A program made the translations under genes and the position numbers. This document shows positions 28,448 to 38,229 of a stretch of DNA of 64,000 nt, one piece after another. The stretch is from Candidatus Poribacteria bacterium (lineage in GTDB: Bacteria > Poribacteria > WGA-4E > WGA-3G): NCBI GenBank assembly GCA_965205015.1, contig OZ242029.1:672001-736000 (forward strand), written 5' to 3'. Numbering within the stretch: position 1 is the stretch's first letter; every line of letters begins with the position of its first letter. The notes beneath the pieces were generated by a model. The model saw only the letters and a program-made list of their open reading frames with translations, was not told the origin of the DNA and searched no databases.

Positions 28448-31363
28448 CTACCGTTCTTCGGAAACCAGGGACGTGTGAAATATTCCCTGCCCTTTGACGA
28501 TACTATAGAGTCTATCGTTCGTGATAGCGAGAGACACAATTTCATCTGGCACATTTGTAGAAACCCGCTTCCATCGACTATTGGTATCCAAGCGGTAGAC
28601 CCCCGCATCGCTAATACCATAAACTTTGCTCCCGTCTACAGCAAAGTTATTTATGATGGGACGCGCGCCTGTGCTATCGGTTGGCACGTACCACTGTTCC
28701 GCGGTTTTGAAAGCCATAACGCCACTATCTGTTGCGACGTAAAGAGTTGCCCCGACAAAGACCATATCTTCGAAGCGAGTGAAGGGGAGGGGTAGACTTG
28801 ATGTGATGTCTCTCCAACTCTCCCCTTCATCAAGCGATTGAAACAGCTTACCCTTCCGTTTGCCCACGTAGATGGTTTCCCCTAAAACCGCCAATTTGAA
28901 TCCGTTCTTGTAAGTATACCGATAATCATCATACCGATAATCGTCATCTACGAATCCAGTGCCTGTCCATTCTGGATCACCCAATTTCCATTTGTAGAGC
29001 TCGCCTCCGTATTCTACATAAAAGGTATCACGACTCGCCGCCGCAGTTTCCGTTCTCAGACGAAATACACGAATATACTCTCGATCTTCTGACTGATAAT
29101 AAAATTTTTCATAGCCAATTTTTCTACGATCAAAAATGGGGACATCTTGAACTGGAATTAGCATATTGCCCTCAGTCGATAAACGGAAAATACCCACATT
29201 GTCTACCCCGCCTTCTGGACCTACAAGAGAATAAAGAACGTCACCAACAGGTATCAGTTTTGGCGCGGAAATTATCTTGGTAGTAGGGATGTTGAGGACA
29301 GCTTCCCGCTCATGATTCCACAATTTTTCCCAAGACACGCCCCTATCCATCGATTGATAAACATCATAGCCGGTATGGGCGTATAATCCATTGTTAAACG
29401 CCACGAGATCCCTTACAGCAGTTCCCATCATCCCATTCATAAATATATGCCATGACGCGCCACCATTCGTCGTGCGGTGAATGCCTCCTAAATTCGCTTT
29501 GTAATATGTTCTCTCGTCAACCATCACGGCTGGAAGGCGACTCCTGCCCAAAAAATTCTGGTCAGCTTCAAGTTCTGTCCACGTTTGTCCACCATCTGTT
29601 GAACGAGATTGCGCCGCACTCAATACCAAGAGCGTTTTCCCCGTGGCTAAAACCGTTATACCTGCGGGTGAAGTTTTGCGAAGATGTTTACCGCCAAGCC
29701 TGATTTCAGTCCACGATGCTCCCACGTCAGTCGAATGGAATATCTTGGCAAAGTGTAAATCTCCGTGATCTATCTGTCGTAATTCCGCTCGCGTTAAACT
29801 CACCAATACCTCATGCCCTATTCCAGCATAAAGATCAGTCCCAGAGACTGCCAAGGAACAGATGGCGCCCGATGTATGCAATGGCAGTTTTTTCCAAGTA
29901 CCTGAATCGAGACGGTAGAGACTGTTCTCTGTTCCCGCAAACACTGTTTTTCCAATAGCAGTCATTGCGGAAATTTTTCCCGTTGTCAATCCGTCGTTCA
30001 GAGGACGCCAGTGCGCGCCACCCTCTGTGGATCGGAAGATTCCTTCATTTCTCAGTGCGAGATACATCGTAAAAGGTACTTGTGAACTGGACGCTTCTTC
30101 GGCATCTGTAATGACGAGTTCAACGGCATCTCCTTCGGGTCGGGGACCGAGCGTCCTCCACGTCTCCGCCCTGTTGTCTGAAGCAAATATCTCATCAGTA
30201 GAAACAATATAAAGCCTCTCCCCATGCGCTGCCATTGGCATGAACGCCTCGCCAATCGGGATACTCGCGTTGACGTTTGTCCATCCGGTTGCATCTGCCG
30301 TTAATCTGTATATCCCTGTTTGTATGACAGCATAGACGGTTCCATCGGATGTGGCGAAGATATTGCGGACAGGACCCGCTGGCGGTCCGTTTCCCTGCAT
30401 CCACTGCGCGGTAGAAAACTTGGCGGCATTCTCCGATGTAACAGATGCTGAGGTTACATTAGAAACCTGAGTGCCAGCACTGCTATTTTTGCCGGGAGTC
30501 GTAGCGCGTCCGGCTTGATTTCGCACAGCCGGTTTCGCTGCTATATCCAGGATGATAGGTACATCAATGATTTCAACCGTGGGTTCAGATTGTGCGTCGA
30601 AATTATACGGTTTCTGGAAACGGGTGAGGTATCGGTTGCTCGCGCCGAGGAATAAAACGATCAAAACCGCAGCTGCCCCTAAAGCCATCCATGGGAGGAA
30701 CGGTTTAGGAGTCGGAGTCGGTGCGGGGTTAATCTCAGAGACGTGCCGCATGATATTCTCGATTAAACTCGCCGGTATTTGTACGCTCCCGAGAACCTCT
30801 TGAATTAACGCCTCCTGCTGTTCTTGTAAACGCTTTCGCGCTCGCTGGAGGCGGCTTGTAATTGTGTTCACAGATACACCTAAGAATTTACTAATCTCCT
30901 TGGTCGTCATTTTACCGAGATAATAGAGCGTCACCACTGTGCGTTCGCTCTCCGGGAGCTTCGCGAGCAGTTTTTTCACGAGTTCATGGTGCTGTTCCGT
31001 GCGCTCTGCTTCTCGCTGTTCTGCTACGTGATGTGTATAAGAGGATCTCTCGATTTCTTCCACAGGTGTGTCCTCCAGCGATTGCATGACCGATTTATTC
31101 TTTTCGAGCCATTTAAGACAGAGTCGATTGGCAATGACATACATCCAACCTAAGAGTTGATTCGGATTCCTTAGCTGCGAGAGGTTTCTGTATACTTGGA
31201 GAAAAGTGTCTTGTGTAATTTCTTCAGCGATGTGAAAATCACCAATCTTCCGCCACGCAAGTGCATGAATACTCCCTTGGTGCTTTTGAACTAAGGTCTC
31301 AAATGCCGTATCGTCGCCTGATAAAATTCTACGAATGAGTTGAATATCGTCTTCTCTCTCCAT
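28448..31363 (-). CDS. ECF sigma factor fused to TM helix and BNR/propeller domain
   Basis: sigma2 (AEEITQDTFL, W+Y.IA.R) and sigma4 (LPESER...EIS..LGVS.NT+.SRL.RAR), hydrophobic WMALGAAAVLIVLFLG, then S.D.G..W repeats. Confidence 0.88.
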   Translation of the reverse strand: MEREDDIQLIRRILSGDDTAFETLVQKHQGSIHALAWRKIGDFHIAEEITQDTFLQVYRNLSQLRNPNQLLGWMYVIANRLCLKWLEKNKSVMQSLEDTPVEEIERSSYTHHVAEQREAERTEQHHELVKKLLAKLPESERTVVTLYYLGKMTTKEISKFLGVSVNTITSRLQRARKRLQEQQEALIQEVLGSVQIPASLIENIMRHVSEINPAPTPTPKPFLPWMALGAAAVLIVLFLGASNRYLTRFQKPYNFDAQSEPTVEIIDVPIILDIAAKPAVRNQAGRATTPGKNSSAGTQVSNVTSASVTSENAAKFSTAQWMQGNGPPAGPVRNIFATSDGTVYAVIQTGIYRLTADATGWTNVNASIPIGEAFMPMAAHGERLYIVSTDEIFASDNRAETWRTLGPRPEGDAVELVITDAEEASSSQVPFTMYLALRNEGIFRSTEGGAHWRPLNDGLTTGKISAMTAIGKTVFAGTENSLYRLDSGTWKKLPLHTSGAICSLAVSGTDLYAGIGHEVLVSLTRAELRQIDHGDLHFAKIFHSTDVGASWTEIRLGGKHLRKTSPAGITVLATGKTLLVLSAAQSRSTDGGQTWTELEADQNFLGRSRLPAVMVDERTYYKANLGGIHRTTNGGASWHIFMNGMMGTAVRDLVAFNNGLYAHTGYDVYQSMDRGVSWEKLWNHEREAVLNIPTTKIISAPKLIPVGDVLYSLVGPEGGVDNVGIFRLSTEGNMLIPVQDVPIFDRRKIGYEKFYYQSEDREYIRVFRLRTETAAASRDTFYVEYGGELYKWKLGDPEWTGTGFVDDDYRYDDYRYTYKNGFKLAVLGETIYVGKRKGKLFQSLDEGESWRDITSSLPLPFTRFEDMVFVGATLYVATDSGVMAFKTAEQWYVPTDSTGARPIINNFAVDGSKVYGISDAGVYRLDTNSRWKRVSTNVPDEIVSLAITNDRLYSIVKGQGIFHTSLVSEER

Positions 31364-31710
31364 CAGGATACTCCATAATTAATAAATAGATTGAATAGGC
31401 AGCGTCTTTCAATACCGGGTTTCTATAGACATAGCAGCTCTACGGGGTGGGGAAATTACCCGAAAACCTTGTTGAAACCCCGAAAATTTGTGAGTTGCAA
31501 CTTGGGTTTTTATAATTCTTGGGTTTTTATAATTAAAGATACGTTTTTAGGATAGAAAACGTGCATAATGTGAAAAAAAATGAATGAGATATGGATTTAT
31601 GAAAAGATGTTTCGGGGAATTAGGTGGGAAACTCGCTAAATCGCCAATTGGGACGAATACACAGAAACTGTCTCGGAAATGCATTTTAGTGGACAGCATT
31701 CAGGACACGC

Positions 31711-32796
31711 TCAAAAGCGATAGAATTCCCTCGCGTTTTCGGATAAGATTTTGCGTGCCAACGATTGAGGCAGTTGCACAGGAAAAGCCTCATCAGGTGA
31801 ATCGTAGTGCCAGTGGGGATAGTCACTTGAAAACATCAACATGTCCTCGGAATCGAGTTGACCGACGATCTGAAGGAGTTCTGCCGCGGTTGGGGGGGCA
31901 TCAATCGGTTGAAGCGTCATGCGCATGTGCTGGCGGATATACGCTGACGGTGGTTGTTTGACCCACGGTGTAAGATGTCGTAAGCCGCGCCACTCTTTAT
32001 CGAATCGCCATAGCAGTGATGGCATCCAGGTGACACCCGTTTCTATGAGCGCGACGCGTAGGTCAGGAAACACCTCAAAGACGCCCTCTGACACGAGGCT
32101 CAGTACCTGCGCTTGAAATACCTGCGACATACCGACATATTCTTCCAGATAGGTCGAGGTCCACCCTACGGAGGTCGGAGGTAGTCCGGGTGCACCGCCG
32201 TAATGGATGCCGATTACCAATCCATGACGCACAGCCGCGGCATAGATAGGATGATACCGTCTATTGCCGTAAGGTGCCTGGGATCGGGCAGGTAGCATTA
32301 CCTGTACAAACCCGGGGTGTCCTCCCAGACGTTCAATTTCCCGCGCTCCGAGTTCAGGGTTTTGGCTCGGTACAATCAGTGAACCGCGTAACCGGGGTTC
32401 AGGATCCAACCAGTGTTCAATCTGCCAATCGTTGATTGCCGAAGCGAGTGCCGCTGCGAAGTCTTCGTTGTGTACGCTCTGGACCCGATACCCACAGGTG
32501 AGGATCCCGTATTCAACCTCCCAGAAATCGAGGGCATGCTTACGCAGGAGCGCTAAATCCGAGGCGGGACGATTTTCTGAAGGATGTATAATTTCCGGGC
32601 GCGATGAAGTCGGGGCACCGTCAGGATAGTCGTCTGCATCGGGTCCGGGGAAGCCGGATTCCTCGCAATAGTCGCACCAGTAATCGGGTAGGTACGGATA
32701 GAGCATCTGGTGTGAGGGGAGCCGATTGTGGAGGTCGCAGTCGATAATGGACATACCAGCCTGAACAAAATTGGGTTTACTGTTCTCGTTTTCCAT
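31711..32796 (-). CDS. Amidohydrolase_2 family protein
   Basis: IIDCDLH, EGVFEVFPDLRVALIE, FSSDYPHW; start placed at MENEN. Confidence 0.9.
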   Translation of the reverse strand: MENENSKPNFVQAGMSIIDCDLHNRLPSHQMLYPYLPDYWCDYCEESGFPGPDADDYPDGAPTSSRPEIIHPSENRPASDLALLRKHALDFWEVEYGILTCGYRVQSVHNEDFAAALASAINDWQIEHWLDPEPRLRGSLIVPSQNPELGAREIERLGGHPGFVQVMLPARSQAPYGNRRYHPIYAAAVRHGLVIGIHYGGAPGLPPTSVGWTSTYLEEYVGMSQVFQAQVLSLVSEGVFEVFPDLRVALIETGVTWMPSLLWRFDKEWRGLRHLTPWVKQPPSAYIRQHMRMTLQPIDAPPTAAELLQIVGQLDSEDMLMFSSDYPHWHYDSPDEAFPVQLPQSLARKILSENAREFYRF

Positions 32797-32926
32797 ACAT
32801 TTTTTCCTTTGTGTTTCGGATCGAATTATACGCCACTTTGCTGAGGTTATCAAGTTTTTTTTATAAAGTGTCATCATCAGATGCATCATAAGAGGCACAG
32901 ATTAACAGTCTATGCTACAACAAGAC

Positions 32927-33898
32927 TTACGTTGTGCCATACGTGTTCCAGAACAGGACGTGCTCGCCTTCACATCCGTGCTCCCTTATGTAGTGAGCGA
33001 GTCCTGCTAACGTTTTACCGGTGTAGGTATTCTCAAGCGTAATGCCTTCATGCCCAGCCATCATCGCGACCGCACGCGCCCCTGCTTCCGTTGGAACGGC
33101 ATACCCTTCCCCAAAATCGCCGTGCCAGAGTTCAATCCGGCGTGGGTTGATGTCGTGAGCGTCCACTGCACCGATGAGACGCAGGATACGGCGTACCATA
33201 CGGGAGATTGCCCATGCATTTGCTACCACTGCGTCAGCGACACGTACACCGACGATTTGCGTGCGCAATCCGGCGAGTCGCACGCCAACGATCAAGCCTG
33301 CTATCGTGCCGCAGGTCCCCACCGGCACGAAGATAAATCGCGGCTCTGGTAAGAGGTCCGCCTCAATCTGGGATTTCAATTCTGAAACCGCTTTCACATA
33401 ACCGACGGAACCGAGCGGCGAAGAACCACCCGCTGGGATGAAGTAGCGTTCCTCTCCAATCCCAAGAACCGTCTTCGCCTGTTCATAGGCGTAACGGGCG
33501 AACATCGTCTGCATACGTTTCACTTCGTAGACTCGGTAGGCATTTTCACAAATTTTGCGATAGTTTGCTTCAGAATACTCAGTCGGCGGTTGTTTAAAGA
33601 GCAAGCATTCTACGCGAAATCCCGATGCTTTCCCATAAACGGCTGTCGCTCGGACGTGGTTAGAACCTGTTGGACCGATTGTAAAGAGCGTTTTTCTCTC
33701 GTCTCTATTCGGAGAGGCTTGCGCTGCTGCGAACATATACTCCAATTTACGGACTTTATTGCCGCCGCCTAACGGACCACTGAGATCGTCTCGTTTGATC
33801 CAGAGCGACTTGAAGCCGAGGGCGCGTTCAAGGTTCGAGAGACGCGCCACCGGTGTCGGGAAGTTTCCGAGTGAAAAGTGTGGGATTGATTTAATCAT
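32927..33898 (-). CDS. D-cysteine desulfhydrase / ACC deaminase family PLP enzyme
   Basis: PTP, WIKRDDL, GGNKVRKLE, SNH, YTGK. Confidence 0.88.
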   Translation of the reverse strand: MIKSIPHFSLGNFPTPVARLSNLERALGFKSLWIKRDDLSGPLGGGNKVRKLEYMFAAAQASPNRDERKTLFTIGPTGSNHVRATAVYGKASGFRVECLLFKQPPTEYSEANYRKICENAYRVYEVKRMQTMFARYAYEQAKTVLGIGEERYFIPAGGSSPLGSVGYVKAVSELKSQIEADLLPEPRFIFVPVGTCGTIAGLIVGVRLAGLRTQIVGVRVADAVVANAWAISRMVRRILRLIGAVDAHDINPRRIELWHGDFGEGYAVPTEAGARAVAMMAGHEGITLENTYTGKTLAGLAHYIREHGCEGEHVLFWNTYGTT

Positions 33899-33922
33899 CT
33901 TGTTGGCGCATCCTTCGCCAGT

Positions 33923-34078
33923 GGGCAGGCACGAGACCTGCCCCTACAGTAAAATTATGGGCAGGCACGAGACGGAGGGAAATCCGCAGAAATACGCAGA
34001 AATACCCTATCAAAAACACCCAAGCAATACGCAGAAATATCCTACCAAAAACACCCCAAGCAAAAACCCCCTACAGTA
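33923..34078. repeat. REP-like palindrome plus duplicated ACGCAGAAATA..CCCAAGCA units
   Basis: GGGCAGGCACGAGACCTGCCCCTAC at 33923-33947; the duplicated unit also occurs inverted at ~230-260. Confidence 0.65.
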
Positions 34079-34081
34079 GGA

Positions 34082-35635
34082 TTACACGCTACCGTTCCCC
34101 GTAATCCGATGGGCAACGTGCGTAGCGAGTGCGGCGACCGTCAACGTCGGGGGCACACCGATGGAGGTCGGAAACAGACTCGCATCCGCAACAAATAAAC
34201 CTTTCACGGCGTGGGATTCCCCTGACAGATTAACGACGCTTCTGTTGGGATTCTCGCCCATCTGAAGCGTGCCCTGTGGATGACTGGAAGCCAACATGAT
34301 GTCATTTGGCACGATACCACGTTGACGGATAATCTCGAGGTCCGCCTCTGTTTTGATAGGAAAGTGCTGTGTATAAGGCATCAGAATTTCTGTTGCGCCT
34401 GCGGCGAAAAGGAGGCGAGCGGCGTTGATTATCCCTTCCACCAATACTTTCTTATCCGAACGACGCAGTCGGTATCCAATGTTCGGGGACCCCTTATAAT
34501 CCACCGATACGCGTCCGGTTGTTCTGTCATGCAAAAGGACGAGGAGCGCGGCGATGTGACGATAGCGTTCCATTAATTCCCGATGATCTTCACCGAATCC
34601 CGGCAGACTTGCCGCCATTATCACCTGTGAGCCGAAAGCCGGCATGAGCAGATAACCGCTGTCCGGTAGGCGTTTCATATCCAGAAAGTGATCAATATAG
34701 TAACTTTGCGGGATACCGAGATGTCCATCAATGGTTTCGTTAAAGACCCCACCGACGAAGGCAGCGGGATGCAGATGGAGATTTTTTCCGACCCGCCGGT
34801 TCGCATTGGGAAGCCGACTTTTTAACCAGAGTTGTGGCGAGTTGATAGCCCCAGCAGCGAGTACCACTCTATCGCTCTGCACATGCAATTTGCCCGACGG
34901 CATCCGCGCGGAAACACCAACGACTCGCTCCTTTTCCACGTGAATTTTCTCAGCCGTGCAGTCGCTGTAAAGCTTCGCACCTGCGGCAAGTGCCAAAGGG
35001 ATATACGTAACCCCCATGCTCTGCTTGCCCGTTCCTCTCGAATTGCTTTGCGCTGCTTTGGAAACAGGACATCCAAAAAGACACTGAACTCCACATGTAG
35101 GGCATTCACCGCGGTTGTGCCTTTGCACTCCACCGCGCCACCGCATCGCCTCGCACCCCCGGCGGATAACAGTGTTTAATTGATTTACGTCTGTTTCTTG
35201 CATCTGCGTAACGCCGAGGATCCGCTCCACCTGATTGAAGTGGGGCCAAATCTCCGGGACCTGCCACCTGTATAAGAGTGCTTGGGCTGGGCGGACCGCA
35301 TAGCAGAGATTATGTACCGTTGAACCGCCAACCCCTTTGCCTTGTGAAACGATAATCGCGTTGTCCCGGGTACGCCGTAAACCGCTCTCCCAGAAAAGGC
35401 GACGCAGCATTTCCGGTTCGTAGTTACCGAAGGTACTCGGATCGTGATTTTCCCCTGCCTCTAAAATAATCACCGATAATCCGGCTTCAGCGAGCTCCTT
35501 CGCGACGACCGCGCCTCCCGCGCCGGAACCGATGACGCACACATCGGCGCGCTCTTGCCGCTGTATACTTTTTTTCTTCAACCATGTGGATCGAATATTG
35601 GTAGCCTTTGAAAGCCAAGATTGTGATTTATTCAT
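34082..35635 (-). CDS. GMC family oxidoreductase
   Basis: VIGSGAGG, GVGGST.HN, LAAGAINSP, VGKNL.LHP, VADASLFPT. Confidence 0.92.
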   Translation of the reverse strand: MNKSQSWLSKATNIRSTWLKKKSIQRQERADVCVIGSGAGGAVVAKELAEAGLSVIILEAGENHDPSTFGNYEPEMLRRLFWESGLRRTRDNAIIVSQGKGVGGSTVHNLCYAVRPAQALLYRWQVPEIWPHFNQVERILGVTQMQETDVNQLNTVIRRGCEAMRWRGGVQRHNRGECPTCGVQCLFGCPVSKAAQSNSRGTGKQSMGVTYIPLALAAGAKLYSDCTAEKIHVEKERVVGVSARMPSGKLHVQSDRVVLAAGAINSPQLWLKSRLPNANRRVGKNLHLHPAAFVGGVFNETIDGHLGIPQSYYIDHFLDMKRLPDSGYLLMPAFGSQVIMAASLPGFGEDHRELMERYRHIAALLVLLHDRTTGRVSVDYKGSPNIGYRLRRSDKKVLVEGIINAARLLFAAGATEILMPYTQHFPIKTEADLEIIRQRGIVPNDIMLASSHPQGTLQMGENPNRSVVNLSGESHAVKGLFVADASLFPTSIGVPPTLTVAALATHVAHRITGNGSV

Positions 35636-35653
35636 AGCACTCGTCAGTTACAA

Positions 35654-35727
35654 GATTGGACGATTGGACGATTGGACGATTGGACGGTTGGGGTGCCTAT
35701 CCTTCCCTCCTTCCTACCTTCCATTCC
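35654..35727. repeat. Octamer-arm palindrome (family O)
   Basis: (GATTGGAC)x3 ... (CCTTCCxx)n; related at ~45344-45420, 56811-56875, 58500-58570. Confidence 0.6.
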
Positions 35728-35736
35728 TGCTGAAGT

Positions 35737-36882
35737 TCATTGTGTTAAGGACCGGTAACGTCGGTACGCCTGTTCTGCTTTCGTCCGATCACCGATTTGA
35801 CGATAAGCGTTCGCCAAGTTTCGGTAAAGTTGCGGATTTGTTGTACCAAGGTGTGTCGCCGCCTCAAACTGCACGATTGCCTGCCGAGGTTTTTTTAGCA
35901 TCATATAGACAATGCCGAGACTGTTCCGGTATATCGCGCTCTCTGGGTGTGCCTCAACGAGACCGCCATAGACGTCAAGTGCCTCTGGATACGCCTCTGT
36001 TTGTAGGTAAATGTAACCCAGCAGTTCAGATGCCTTCTCATCGTGCGGTGCAATGGCGAGACATGCTTTAAGCTCCGTCGCAGCAAGTTCCCATTCCGTC
36101 CTTTTTATAAGGAGTTCTGCCAACCCATAACGCGGTTGAAGGCGTTGTGGATCGTTGCGGACCAAACGTTGCAGTGATGTCAGTTGTTCCTCTTCGCGAG
36201 TCAGTTTTTCAAATGTGCGGAGGGCAGTGCGTCCCTCAGCGATTTTCCCCGTGCGGAGGTAACAATTCCCAAGATTGAAATGCGCTTTGGCGTGTCGGCT
36301 TTCGCGTTTAATGACGGCTTCAAAATGCGGTATCGCCTGTGTGAAATCTTCCTTTTGGAAATACGCAAGACCGAGGAGATAACGGGCTTCGCTATTCCGT
36401 ACCAACTGTTTAAGGTGATGAATCGCATCGTCGATTCGGTTCTGACGGAGGTAGGCCTTACCTAATAGCCTTCGTGCGCGCGAGAGGTCAGGTTGTAACT
36501 GTAGCGCACGTTCCAAGGGTTCAGTCGCAGCCTTAGCACTCGCCATGCCGATAAGATATGCCTCACCGAGGCGAACGTGTGCATCAGCGAAATCGGGTGT
36601 AAGGTTAATCGCAATCTGGAGCGTATCAACAGCAGGTTTCCATTGCGATTGTTTGCCATAAAGCACCCCGAGTTGATAGTGCGCTTCAGCGAGGGTTGGA
36701 TCCAGTTCTATTGCCCGTTGAAAGGCTGCAAATGCATTATGATTCTCTCCGCGAGTGAGTGCCTGTAAACCTGCTTCGTAAGCGCGGGCAGCCTTGTCCG
36801 GTTGGTTTCCCTCTTCTGCTGGTGCAAAACAGGCTATTGATAGGAAAATTAGGAAAGAAAGGCGAAGAAGATTCACTTCCAT
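35737..36882 (-). CDS. Secreted TPR-repeat protein
   Basis: Multiple AH..LG..Y / A+...P units; signal peptide. Confidence 0.88.
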   Translation of the reverse strand: MEVNLLRLSFLIFLSIACFAPAEEGNQPDKAARAYEAGLQALTRGENHNAFAAFQRAIELDPTLAEAHYQLGVLYGKQSQWKPAVDTLQIAINLTPDFADAHVRLGEAYLIGMASAKAATEPLERALQLQPDLSRARRLLGKAYLRQNRIDDAIHHLKQLVRNSEARYLLGLAYFQKEDFTQAIPHFEAVIKRESRHAKAHFNLGNCYLRTGKIAEGRTALRTFEKLTREEEQLTSLQRLVRNDPQRLQPRYGLAELLIKRTEWELAATELKACLAIAPHDEKASELLGYIYLQTEAYPEALDVYGGLVEAHPESAIYRNSLGIVYMMLKKPRQAIVQFEAATHLGTTNPQLYRNLANAYRQIGDRTKAEQAYRRYRSLTQ

Positions 36883-37043
36883 TTTTTAATTATTCCAATA
36901 GACATCGTTTTGCCTTTATGATAGCATACTTCTAAATGTCTATCAACTTTCTATCAGGATGGAGTCAACTATTCAGTTTTAGGGCTTTGTCCGACTTATC
37001 CGAAAAGTCGGGAATCGGAGTTCCCTCCTACTAAAGAAAACGT

Positions 37044-37132
37044 GCAGCTCGTAATGAAATGGAGAGCGGATATACGGAAAGGAACGTTAAGTCCGAAACC
37101 CAGCGGACCAAACCGCAAGGAATAATTAAAAG
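37044..37132 (+). repeat. Family L leader repeat
   Basis: GCAGCTCGTAATGAAATGGAGAGCGGATATACGG...ACCGCAAGGAATAATTAAAAG-ATG. Confidence 0.7.
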
Positions 37133-37981
37133 ATGGAATTTGTTCAGTTGACGGAGACACAACGCCAAGAATTTGAAGAGAACGGTTACCTCATCGTGCG
37201 CTCAGCAATTGATGACGAGATGATTCAACGTCTGACCGAGACAGGTGACCGGCTCATGGAATCGTTTGAGTACCACAACTATTACGCACATCGGCGGGAC
37301 GGGTTGGTGCAAGAACCCGCATTCGCCGATCTTGCGACACAGTCGAAGGCAGTGCCGTTGATTCTGCAACTGCTCGGTACAAATATCCACATCACGAACA
37401 CAGCACTCATCCACAAACACCCACAGGCACCTGAGAAGCCCGACAACCGCAATTGGCATCGAGATGTCGGTGTGCATCTGGATGTTGGGCACGCAGGGTG
37501 CCCGCGCGTCGGCTTGAAGGTAGGCTACTGCTTAACGGACTTCAGTGTCCCGAACTCAGGCGCGACATGGTTCATCCGAAAGAGTCACAAACTGAGTCAA
37601 CCGTTGGGTATCCCGGAAGGGACAGTTGATCCGCCTGTATATGACGAACCGCTCCTCCGCGCAGGAGATGCGTTTCTGTTTGAAAGTCGTATCTATCATG
37701 CAGCAGGGCTAAATTTCAGAGAGAACATCTCTAAAGTCGTCATCTACGGGTACCATTATCGCTGGATTAAGCCGGATTACTATCTGCGCTATTACAACGA
37801 TAGCCTGCAACCGGATGAAACACTAACGGAAAACTTAGACGATCTCGGCAGGCAGTTTCTCGGTGCTTCCACGGATACACAAGGTAGACGCGATCCGAAC
37901 GGCGTCCATTGGGCTGGTACCGAATGGGCAGCGGCGCATGATCTGGCTCTCGAACAGGCACCACAAGTTGTGGCAATTTAA
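37133..37981 (+). CDS. PhyH family dioxygenase
   Basis: WHRD, AGDAFLFESRIYH; long identical stretches with 19380-20195. Confidence 0.88.
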   Translation: MEFVQLTETQRQEFEENGYLIVRSAIDDEMIQRLTETGDRLMESFEYHNYYAHRRDGLVQEPAFADLATQSKAVPLILQLLGTNIHITNTALIHKHPQAPEKPDNRNWHRDVGVHLDVGHAGCPRVGLKVGYCLTDFSVPNSGATWFIRKSHKLSQPLGIPEGTVDPPVYDEPLLRAGDAFLFESRIYHAAGLNFRENISKVVIYGYHYRWIKPDYYLRYYNDSLQPDETLTENLDDLGRQFLGASTDTQGRRDPNGVHWAGTEWAAAHDLALEQAPQVVAI

Positions 37982-38229
37982 AATATAACGAAGTTGCTAC
38001 TTACAAGATTGTAGGCACGCAGATACTGTGATTGAAATTGGTTCATTATCCGTAGAGGTTTGTAACGCAAATTGAATGAGGTTTCAATAAATATTTCGGT
38101 AATTCTATATTTCCCCCAGGCCCGGTAGGTGCGGTTTCAAACCGAATCGGACATCGTTGGGAAATTACCAAATTAAATTCTGAATCTTCATAAAGATTGT
38201 GCTACAAAGGCAGCACCTTAAGTTAACGT

